In this document: positions 26,619 through 36,957 of the stretch, one piece after another | Position numbering within the stretch: the first letter of the stretch is position 1 | How the letters are laid out: the number at the start of each line of letters is the position of its first letter | Assembly (NCBI GenBank): GCA_030704615.1 | Contig: CM060734.1 | Location: forward strand, 58,404,001-58,468,000 | Source: Takakia lepidozioides | Lineage: Eukaryota; Plantae; Bryophyta | Reading direction: 5' to 3' | Length of the DNA stretch: 64,000 nt | Notes under the pieces: model-generated | Told to the model about the DNA's origin: nothing | The model's database searches: none | The model's input: only the letters and a program-made list of their open reading frames with translations | Program-made: the position numbers and the translations under genes

Positions 26619-26972
26619 TATGACGCCTTCAGAAGGAAGTTGTAATTTATGGTGTCTCTTGACCCACGGATAAGGACATGATCCATTGCAGGCTTGCATA
26701 CAATGGAGTGCGGTAGGTTATGCAGCTCTTTCGAAAGCCTCAGAAAATTATTGCCAACCATTTTGATGGGGTACTTGTACCTGCTGTGATCACAAATGGA
26801 CAACCAATTTGAAGCCCAGTGGTAATGGGCATATACCGCCTCGGAAGTGGTTGTGGGTTCAAACGATTGGATCGCAAAGGTGTCCAATGTCCACCTTCCA
26901 GCCGAAAGGCAGTAGGTAGCCCTTCAGGGTCAAGAGACACCATAATTTATGCTTCCTTGAGGAGGAGTCACA
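26619..26972. mobile_element. About 350-bp element with roughly 47-bp terminal inverted repeats (MITE-like) and internal tRNA-like A/B boxes
   Basis: 26619-26665 tatgacgccttcagaaggaagttgtaatttatggtgtctcttgaccc is the near reverse complement of 26927-26972 gggtcaagagacaccataatttatgcttccttgaggaggagtcaca. A (TA)n run abuts the left end. Confidence 0.75.
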
Positions 26973-27267
26973 CTTTCTTTCTTCGATTGCTATGCAAACG
27001 ATATAAACTCATTTCCATGGAGGTCCATTGGGGCTAATTGCGCCTCACGGCCCCAAGAGGTAATTTTTTCACATTGCTTATGGTTCCATTAAAACATGTG
27101 TGCCCGAAGAAAACCTTGTTGATTCAGTGGTGGCCTAAAGAGATTTACTACTGCCAAGTTGATTATTAACTTGGGATCACCATGACACATGTTTTTTAGT
27201 CGTTTCCACTTGACAAGGATTGTCAAGTGATTCTCCTTGGTTACAGAGCGGTGCCTCTTTTCTTCTT

Positions 27268-27420
27268 CTATTTTTTTTTATAATTACAGAACAGGGGATG
27301 GAGGCCTTGAGAGAACTTTATTGAAGGAACGGGGGATACAGTTGAGGAAAAAATAACCTCCTAGAGGGCCGTAAAGCTAAACGCACTGCGAACACCCAGA
27401 ACTAAAGGGAGAGGGGGGGG
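27268..27420 (-). mobile_element. Possible 3' end of a poly(A) retroposon
   Basis: The minus strand reads ...ttcaataaagttctctcaaggcctccatcccctgttctgtaattataaaaaaaa (AATAAA plus A tail). Loosely similar ends occur near 34480 and 37715. Confidence 0.3.
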
Positions 27421-27715
27421 AAAGAGGGGGGCCTCTCTTGTAAGCCTCCATGGCTGTTTAGCAAGGTTACTTTTCCTTGAACCAATCAATATATTTCTAA
27501 CATATTTTTCAAAAAAGGGAAAAAAAAATATTGTCTAGAAGGCTTGACTTTTTGGGTGCTTTTTAGCTTGCTGGATGGTCCTTTTGTGTGCACCTTATGG
27601 TGTGTGATGGGGGTATTAAAAACAAATTCCCTCAAATAGTTCATGTGGGAGATACGGAATTTCAAGTACTTCTGGTCGCTCAAAATTCACGAAAAATAGC
27701 AAAGTGGATACATCA

Positions 27716-28257
27716 ATACCGTCGGATTAGGCAATAATTAATTCAAAATAAAAGTGCCTAATCAATTCTGTGAATTTTTCAGATTTTGGCCTAATTGTTG
27801 GGAAATTATGGGACCAAAGTGCCTAATGCCCAAAAATTCCAAAGCCATGTACCAGCGTGCCTACCCAATGACCAATGTACCAAAGCCTTGTACCAACGTG
27901 CCTACACTAGTGTAGACTATCAATATTGAACTCACCTAAAGTGTGAGAGCGAAGGGAGAGCTTGCATGTACCAGCTTGAGCCTTAGAGCCGCGTACAACA
28001 AAGAGGGGCATTTTTAGGGTTTCAAAAGAAATGAAAGGTAGCTTGAGCTTGGAAGGGCCCATGGGCATTGGGTGTCTATTTTGTAATTTTATTCTTAAGA
28101 GAATAAATGTTTTCTCTTCTCATGTGCCTAATTCTAAAACATTATAGCACGAAGATGCCTAATTTGAGAAAATGTTTTCAAAACATGCCTAATTTTTTGA
28201 TTGATTGATTTTATTATTAGGCGCAAAAATGTCTAATCCGTTGTCCAGGGACGGTAT
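27716..28257. mobile_element. Decayed non-autonomous DNA transposon (hAT-like subterminal repeats)
   Basis: Left ataccgtc-ggattagg and right ctaatccg(ttgtccagg)gacggtat are imperfect inverted ends. About 8 copies of (t/g)gccta(at) cluster near both ends. No TSD seen. Confidence 0.5.
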
Positions 28258-28394
28258 ATGAAGCCTTGACAAGGGAGATTGCAAAAATAGCAAAGTGGGC
28301 TTTCTGGGACAACGATTGGAGCCTCGACGAGATATATCAATAACGATTGGATTTATTATTACTCAATAAATCCATGGAAAAAGTTAAATCGGGC

Positions 28395-28825
28395 CTTGAC
28401 ATGGGAGACTTACTTGGATACATAGGAGATTGTACATTGGGCTTAGATGGGCCTCCACATAGGAGACGCACATGGGAGATGCCTTTGGATACATAGCTAG
28501 GAAACGCACTTGGGCTTAGTCGATGGGCCTCCACATAGGAGACGCACTGGGATACATAGGAAATTGCACTTGGTCTTAGATTTCAATTCTTCACACATGG
28601 GCCAACGACACAGGCTACCCTAGAGGTCACACTTAGGCCTCAGCAATAGAGGAGACGCACTTGGATACATAGGGGATTGCACTTGGACACTTGGGCTAAT
28701 GGCACATGATATCCTAGAGGTCGCACTTGGGCCTCGAGGAGACGCACTTGGATACATATATAGGGGCTTGCACTTGGTCTTAGATGACACTAGACACTTG
28801 GGCCTAAAGCACAGGCTACCCTAGT
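28395..28825. repeat. Degenerate tandem array (ggatacatagg..ttgcacttgg / gggcctccacataggagacgcac)
   Basis: gatgggcctccacataggagacgcac occurs twice, cacaggctaccctag twice and gcacttgg many times. Confidence 0.7.
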
Positions 28826-28845
28826 TTAATTTGAAAACACAATCT

Positions 28846-28960
28846 GAAATATGTATTTGCCCTCACTAATACAACAGGCGTGAGCCCTCCAAACTTGTCT
28901 CCGCTAATTAGTGTACGCCACACTAAATGTTGTATTAGTTGTCGCCCCCAAATACATTTT
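28846..28960. mobile_element. Small palindromic MITE remnant
   Basis: aatatgtatttg..actaatacaaca ... tgttgtattagt..caaatacattt form inverted ends. A 21-bp segment is shared in inverted orientation with 26374-26394. Confidence 0.45.
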
Positions 28961-29494
28961 TGTGAGATTGAAGAAGTGGATTTTAGCACGTTAGCACCTC
29001 AAGGCCTATTGGGCGCTACCCCTTGACCATGGGGTTCGACCATGGATAGCCAATGAAGAAAAGAAATACGCAAATCCGCCGTTGAATGTCTGAGATAGCA
29101 ACCCCTGTTCTACCCCTCTAGTATTATGCCATGACAAAACATATTATTCAAATCACATGGAAATTGAGACTATCCACATGGAATGATAAGAAACAATCCT
29201 TGGGAGACGTTTTCTCGGATTTGTCTTACAATGTGGGTGGTTGTCTCCCTGCCCTTTCCCTGCGGAGGAACCAGGCACTGTCCCAAGGGAATGAGAAAGA
29301 AATGGAATGCACCCACCTCATGGATTGTAAGCAGAATACAGATGGGCACATACATGAATGTGAGATTAGATCATGCAGCTGTCACTCAAGTGACATTTCT
29401 TCACTTGAAGTCGGTGTATGGGACCGATTACCACCCTTCTTTCCACGGCAACGGCCCCATTGATGATTAAACTAAAGATGTCACCAGTGGCCCA

Positions 29495-32300
29495 CTATCT
29501 AGGTATAGAATTGTTGAAACTGCTATAGACATTCAATCCGAAAGGTAAGAGTTTGTGTAGTCTAAACATGTTGCTACTTCTCTTGATCTCCAAGGAAAAT
29601 GGTGATGGTCCTGTAACATCCAGTTTAGGTGCCATGCGATCAATTAGACTGACAGGAGTAATGTCTATTGTTAAAGACTTCAAAGAATCATCGAAGCTTT
29701 GCGAGGATTCGTTCATACTCGTACTACAACTACCAAGTCCAGATTTCCTCAATTTCTCTATTACAGATCTACTGCTTCTAGAAACAGTCTCCCTTGAAGT
29801 CCTCTCCATTCTACCTATTGGACCCCTGAACTTTGACTCATCCATTGGGAGTGTTTCTGCTAATTGCTTCCCTTCTCTGGAAGTCCCACTCCCCTTTCTC
29901 AGTGAAGGCGACGGCCCAACTGAACATGGGTTTATGTTTGTTGGCGCCCCACGAAACCCATATTCACTTGTCCACCACTTCCCATATCCCTTGTTGATTG
30001 GAGCTTTGCTACTGATTTGCTGTCATCTATCGTTGTAGGAGCTACTCCCCTGTGTTCGGGGATCTACGTCCCCAGAAAAACATTTTTCGTGATAGAAGAG
30101 ACGGATTTGGCGTCCATCACGCACAAAGATCAATTCGTTGACAAAGATGGTACCACAACATTTGCGGCATGTGTGTCCAGTGTGATTGGCGTTGCCTTTG
30201 GAAACTGTCCAGTAGTTGGGCGATGATGACTGCATTCTATACCCGGAGGTGCTATATAATTTTGATACCGTCAGAGCTCAAAACATAACATGCAAAGTAA
30301 ATTATCAACATGATGGGGAGATCATTAAAGGAGTCCATTTTATGTGAGGAAAGCTTCAGCAACAAACCTTGTTCAAGTGGAGGTGGAGAACTGTTCAACA
30401 TCCTACAGCCTCGTACGACGAACTTGGTGTCATTCCTAGGATCTGACTTGATGCAGCGGGGTCTAGATCTAGTGGAAAGGTGAACCTCCAAATTACGTCA
30501 TTATCCCAGTGACCTGCATTATTTCTTGATTCACAACTAGGTAGAAAAAGATGTAGAAATAAATTCAAATTATCATGTGGTGCCATCTCTTGGCAATTTT
30601 CAACTGATCAGTTGGATCTTTTTTTGCCACTAAAGCAAGAACTAATTCTAATACAAATTGGGAACACAAAAGAGATAGAGCAAGCCCAACGTACACGCTG
30701 GCGATTAGAACACTTGTCACCTACTTGTTAGTTACATCATCTTGAAAGATTACTATGATTTTATGGATTGTAGCAAAGCTCCAAATGTAGAGAACATGGT
30801 TATATACAACATCTTTCTATTGCAAGATTTCGGCCTTGAAAGACAGCCTTGTGCACAATGGTCCAATCAGGACTAGAGCCTTTGAAATATCAACAAAACT
30901 TTCTGACCAATCAGAACTTTGGTCCTGCAACATTTGATCTACAGACTTTATAATAGTTGATGTTGAAAATAATACTTGGGACCTTTCGCTTTGGGTCATC
31001 AGGAGGCATAAGCGGTTACATGCCACAACTTCTTTTCTCTCCTATCTTTGTCTCTCGGGAGGGTCATCCACTCCATATCGTGACATACAATGTGAAACAC
31101 AACAGCCACGCCCATCATTAGACGAAGCGGAAGAATTAGGAAATCAGAGAGGAAAAAAGAAACAAAAGTGAGTCCACTGCAAATTAGATTGAAGGCTACT
31201 TGGTGCAGAGCTCTACTGATCATCATATTTGCAGAAGGCCTCTTGCACAGAAAGATTGTTCTCTCAGATGCACTAGTGATTGCACATGGATTCTCTTTTG
31301 CCAAAGCAGGTATTTTACTTAATGTCCGATTGTCAAGACAGTGTTCTTGGCACAAGTGCTGCCTAAGCATCATCTGTGGCAAATGCCAAGAGAGATATTC
31401 CAATGCATCTACAAGCATTTTCCACATAGACAAGCCATGGATTTGGATCACAACTTTTCGTGCCAGACTTATAGCCCTATACCCAAGCAGAGTTGGAGAG
31501 GCAAATTACCATCAAGAACTGGCAGATGTGAATTGCTCTATGGGCAAAAAGAGGATAAAAGATTATCCAATATCTGCATTGACATTGCCTAGAATTGTAG
31601 GACTCACGTGTTGTTTATCTAGATCATTGCCTTGCAATCTAGTGCTGTGAACGTTACTACCCTGATTATTCTTCATTCTCCCTCCTAGGCTAAGATTGGC
31701 ATTTGGTTCTAGAAAGTGCTCATAAGCTGTGGGTTCTAGGGCTGCGAAAAGGTTGCAGACAAGTTGGTAGGCCTGAATGGACGTTTGGATGAGCTGTTAC
31801 TGGAATTGGGTGAGCTGGAAAGCAAAATGCCAGACCCAACAACTGTGCTTAGTAATCCTTTCTCAGGTATGGTGAATGGACAAAGTTCACCATTAGGCAG
31901 CGATGCCTCCACCCAGCTTCATGGAAATGGGAGTTCAAATAACATTGGTAACAGTCCTTGACACCCATATCACCATCTCTTTCCTTGAATGCTTTTGTTG
32001 TTGCCAAGGTAGCTAATTGTTGTTTCACCCCCCCCCTCCCCCTCCCCTCCAGTCACGCTTTCCTCTGGAAGCTACTCATGAAGGGTCAATTAATTAATCT
32101 ATGAATTTATAGTGAGTCCACAAGGTTCAAGGTCTCATAGCTTGAGACCACTGCTTCGTGCAACATAAATTTTTTGCAGGAGTAGGGACAAACACCACTG
32201 GATGTTGTAAGGGGCATACAGTTGGAGTATCACATGAATTGAAACAAACCACATACAAACAATGAGTTTGCTTGGGTCCATGCAGACAAGGTATTTATAA
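29495..32300 (-). pseudogene. Decayed gene with a C-terminal PARP-type (CxxC...HxxC) zinc finger-like module
   Basis: The last exon (about 30251-29495) reads YWTVSKG..HTCRKC..VRDGRQIRLFYHEKCFSGDVDPRTQ..NDR*QQISSKAPINKGYGKWW.. with one in-frame TGA (30025-30023) and continues in frame into ORF 29845-29495. Upstream protein-like frames have several stops. The 5' boundary is uncertain. Confidence 0.6.
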
Positions 32301-33699
32301 CTATTAACGACTTCCATAGTTATGAAGCATACAACACCAAACTACATTTCCAATTTATTAGTACATTGTGCCTCTAATTTCTTCTACATTCCCTCTTCTA
32401 ATATTGACAATTGCTCCTTGAAAAACGTTTGAAGGTCTTTAGCAATATTCAATGTCAATGTACACACCTTTGGATCTTGGGGTTCAGTGTTGCCCATGGA
32501 ACAATCTAGTCGAGATCCTAGTGATGATCTCCTGACTTGTCCACATTACTGTATTCTGTAGTTGAGGACAGTTTGGGCTTATGCATGAGCAAGACCTACG
32601 TATGCATTGTAAGAAGGCAAGTTTGGAAAAGGAGATATTTTCTCCACAACCGTATAAAGTTCTTCTTTTCATACCCATTTTGCAACACAAAATTTGTATA
32701 AGTAGCACATGTAAATTAAACTATTTAGAGACACAAGTATTAATGTTATTCACATCAGATTGTGTACTAAAATATATTTATGTTTTGGATATTGCTTAGA
32801 ATATCACTAGTGAAAATATTTCTTGCAAACAATTAGTCACTATGTTATAGATCAATATATAGTATAATTTTGTAACTGTCAGAAAAGGCATTAGGGGGAA
32901 ATGTAGGTAAAGTATTTCAACACTTAGCCCTTCGGGTCTCTAAAAGTTAATAGTGATTTCATTTTATCAATTGGAGAGATATTAGAGAACAATACAACAA
33001 ATAAAGAGATATCATGTAGTAATTGATGATAAGTCCAGTTTGGTGCATGTCAAAGTAATAATATCTCACATCGATGTTAACTATCAAACATCATACCTAC
33101 CCATGAAGCGCTTTTAACAGCAGCAAAAAAATAATGACAAGTGGAACATATAAAATATAATAAATGAAATCCAAATTTTCGAGTGACCATTCATGTGCAT
33201 ATTAGGAAAATTGCAGTTAGACATTCTTTGACTTGCAAGTGTTTTCAATTTTCGTTTGGAAGTACATATATTGAATATGTACTTCCATTCTACATCGTTG
33301 TGCATGACCATTTAAATGATTACCACTCTATATCCACCATTCATATTTATTATGCTCTTTGATTGTCGCTAGTCTCTCACACAACTAGTGTGTTTATAAA
33401 TGAAAGACCTAGTTGTTTTGTTCTACAAAAATGCATTCTAGGATAACAATTATATTCACATCCTACATTACCAATTGTAAGCTAATTAAATTGTCTTGTC
33501 CTACATGACCAAACAATATATATCAAGACTCAGTAGTGGAATTCACGATGAAATCAAAGATTTAAAGATATTAATGCCCATCAAGACAACTTATGAATTA
33601 GCAACATGGATATAATTCAAATGAGAACAAACTCTAAATATTGGGCTAGCTAGGAGAGAGATCTTCTATATAGCTTGCGTGGCTCTAGTATAATGATTT

Positions 33700-33895
33700 T
33701 CCTTGGCGCTTAGGTCCCTCTAAGTCCAGGTAGCCACAAGATGTGATAGTAGCCATAGCCTCACTAAGTCCTCCACCACCACTAGTACACCACTAGTCAC
33801 CACCAGTCACCACTAGTGCAGCCACTGGTCCACCACTAGGCTGCCACTAGCCACCACTAGTGCAGCCACTAGTCCATCACAATCGCCCCCCTAAA
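33700..33895 (-). mobile_element. LTR-retrotransposon remnant (PPT plus LTR start) related to the element at 51.4 kb, with a ccactag minisatellite
   Basis: cacaatcgccccccta (33878-33893) matches 51395-51410. taggtccctctaagtccaggtagccacaagatgtg..ctaagtcctc matches about 51420-51479. ccactag/ccaccag repeats at 33772-33875. Confidence 0.6.
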
Positions 33896-34947
33896 ATGTG
33901 CTTGAAGTTGTGATTATATACTTCTAGTATTTGAATTCAGTAGCTGCGAATGCTTTGGAAGAGATGAGTGTTGATGCATGTCCTGGAAAAGCATGGACCT
34001 CATTGACGACTTTTACTAGGAATTTTAAGAATCTCCCATGCAACCTACTCATTCTGTCATGCTCTTATTCTATGGACTCTTCAATCCTCTAAATGTTGGA
34101 ATTCATGACAATACTATGGTATCATTTTGATAGTATCAAGGAATTCCAAAATATAATTACGCTCCCAGTAGGGATCCTTTGCTCAATCTATTGTTGGTGC
34201 TAAGTGTCAATTTTCATCCCCATCACTTTAGGACTTCTTTCAAGGTTTAAAGCCTCATGGTCTCGCCAGAACTCCAAGGTTTCCCACTTAATACATATTT
34301 AATATTAGTGTCACATATTGTGACATTTATAAACAATCGGGTCGTCGCATTATGGCTCCTCCTAATTGATGAGATATTTTTATAGCAAAAACTATAATTA
34401 GATTATTTAATAACAATAAGTATAAATTATGGTCCGTTCAATATGTTTGTAATACTACATAAAATATTTATCATTATGATTTTTTTTAAAATAAAAAAGG
34501 AGGAAGCCCTGTAAATCATATTAAGGAAAAGGTTCTGGAAAAGTAACCAGAACAGAAGGCCTCGAGGCTTACATTTTTGAATGTAAAAAGAAGTCATGAA
34601 TACTTATAATAGTATTGTTGATAAAGAATTCACTTGTAAAACATCTCCACTAAAATCATGGTGGATAAAAATAACGATAAAAAATATTACTTTATTGTTT
34701 GGTAAAACAGGGAGATAATTGGAATTAAAAATTTATTAAAATAAAATTATAAGAGGAGAAAATAAAATTATATATTATTAGTGAAGAGGTCTATATTAAT
34801 TTGCTTACCTTGTATTCAACCTATATTTAAATTTCAGTAAATTTCAGATAATTTATATATAATATTATATAAAATCTATGATATATATACATATGTATAT
34901 CATTACTATCCGGTAAATTATAGAATGTAGAAAATGTATTTTCTTAA

Positions 34948-35241
34948 CGAAAGGGGAGTTTTTTTTTTTAAATTCAGAAAATAGCACGAGTGGCTACAGA
35001 GTTTTGCAAAAAATAGGCATATATTCTGTTCATCCATTCAAATTAGGACAGAATCATCCACATCCATACTTTCATCCATTCATATCATCCATATTTGGCG
35101 AATTCATCCATAATTTTTGTTTTTTGAGAAATTTGGCGATTTCATCCATGAAAAAACATGGAATTTGCTACGGAATATTCTTTTCTATTTTTTGAGGTCG
35201 CCATTTGGCGGAAATTCGGCAAAAAAAAAAACGCTGCTTTC
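34948..35241. mobile_element. MITE-like element with poly-T/poly-A-containing inverted ends and internal tcatcca repeats
   Basis: The left end gaaaggggag(t)n and the right end (a)ncgctgctttc are imperfect inverted repeats; ggcgaatt/tcgcca motifs lie inside. Confidence 0.5.
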
Positions 35242-35378
35242 CAATGACCATTGGTGGACCCCACCAAGTATACTATTCAGATTTTTTCATTTCTATAGCA
35301 ATTTACTAAGCCATGATAGGTGCTTCTACCCTAGAGATGGAGTTCGAAACATTGAAGGCACAAAGTCGAACAACAAAC

Positions 35379-35975
35379 CAGTAGAAAAAGAGAGGTCCAT
35401 GACTCATGAGCCATGTCGCGAGTAGGTCTCGATAAGAGTTTGCATAAAAACAGCGGAGTTCTTCTCCCGAGCCCCTCTCCACGAAATACCATTCGGCCTC
35501 TTCAATGTCTTGCCCGAGTCCACGTAGTTGTAGATTATATCATCCATGACAGGGGTCGGACGCCGCATCGATACAGGCCGCACCATCCCATATTTGGAAG
35601 CTGCCCACGAAGTGGACTCCAAGTGGAGCTTGGTAAGGCAATAGGCATCAAAAACACAAATTTGAATGCACAAACAGAATCCAAAATTAGCAATCGAAAC
35701 GTACAAGGAGAAGCAACAAATTGGAAGAGCATTCAAAAAAAAACTTTGGATGTTGTGATTATCTTTGATTGGGAAAATCGCCCTTGTGAGATATAGACTC
35801 CAAGTCTCGATGATTTGGAGCCCAAAAGATTTTACGAGCTCTCTGCAAGAAGGGGAGTCATTTGCTTAAAACAAAAACAAAGCACCATTATTACAGAGGA
35901 AGAACTTGCATAACGAGAACACCAAAGCCCAATAGTTTGTGTCTCGAACATTCAGCATCCATAGGGATGACATCC
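35379..35975 (-). pseudogene. Degenerate N4/N6 (beta-class-like) DNA amino-methyltransferase fragment, probably two exons
   Basis: Translations W..VRDTNYWALVFSLCKFFLCNNGALFLF*ANDS..ELVKSFGLQIIETW (about 35961-35745) and ISWRGAREKNSAVFMQTLIETYSRHGS*VMDLSFSTG|gt (to 35379) resemble the L..dG.l.lf and K....LI...S..G..V.D.f.gtG (motif X/I) regions. No catalytic DPPY/SPPY is visible. Confidence 0.55.
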
Positions 35976-36119
35976 GGAACGAGCATAAGATATTAAAAAC
36001 ATAATCACCAAATATCTAAATCATTAAAAAGAAAAAAATCTAGTTAAGGTTATCAAATGTATTGATGATAACTGGGTTTTAATAATATATGATTCCTCCA
36101 CAACCGCCCAACACCGAAA

Positions 36120-36330
36120 TAAGCCCCTTTCAGAGCCATAAAGCATATATGGCATAGCTGACAACCAGCATGTAGCCCAGTGGTAATGGGCACATACCAT
36201 GTTGGATGTGGTTGTGGGTTCAAATCACGGTCGGGTGTGACATGAAGGTGTCCACCTTTCAGCTGGAAGGCAGTAGCCCTTGTGACACCATAAGTTACGC
36301 TCCCTCCCGGAGGCGTCATACTTTTTTTTT
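36120..36330 (+). mobile_element. Second, one-ended copy of the 26.6-kb family with A/B boxes
   Basis: tagcccagtgg (36173-36183), ggttcaaatc (36217-36226) and a terminus gacaccataagttacgctccctcccggaggcgtcata followed by a T run. Confidence 0.7.
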
Positions 36331-36729
36331 CTTGGCATAGCCCCAACCAGAAGGCAATACGGATTGATCCCAAGCCCATGGGCTATTGCAAAGGATGTCA
36401 CACCACAAAGGCACCTGATTTGCTACAAAGCTAATTTATTCTAAAATTTTAAATGTAAGTAACAGAAATTTAAAAGCTCAATCCAGAACTGTCCCCTTTC
36501 AGAAATAATAATAACATAGTACAAATAATCGAGGACAATTTTTCGATGATGATGGACGGACGGAATGGGGTTAGGTGTAACGAGGGTTGGTAAGAAGGAC
36601 TAACGGTAGAGTAGCCATTAATAAACGATGCTACTTGAGTCCCCTATCATGACCAACATTTAACATTTTTATTTTGCACAGATTTCTATATATACTAGCA
36701 AAATATAATAAGAACAAAATTATATATTA

Positions 36730-36957
36730 TTCTCTTTTCTTTTTGAAAAAAGGAAACCTGGGAGCGACAGCCCACAATTCAGGCCCTTGAGGAGGGGGAA
36801 AAATTAACCCCCTTTCATTTATGGGCCATGAGACCTACAGGAAGATCGACACCCAAACAGACCACCACGAACCATCCACACACGGGGCAGGGCAGCGGGT
36901 TTGAACCCCGAACCACCAAGGTGACACTCTGTACTTACCAGCTGAGCTACCGCATCT
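36730..36957 (-). mobile_element. tRNA-derived SINE
   Basis: Minus strand: A box TAGCTCAGCTGG (36949-36938), B box GGTTCAAACCC (36907-36897), an unrelated body, then a T run and A-rich tail. Confidence 0.7.

Noticed and set aside
30023-30025. In-frame TGA as selenocysteine or programmed readthrough
   Set aside because: Land plants lack the Sec machinery, and several other stops upstream indicate decay.
29553-31650. Plus-strand ORFs 29553-30038 and 31168-31650, and minus ORF 60323-60916, as genes
   Set aside because: They are antisense shadows of coding or formerly coding frames on the other strand.
36170-36957. A/B-box sequences as tRNA genes
   Set aside because: No convincing acceptor or anticodon stems; they are embedded in repeated elements with tails.
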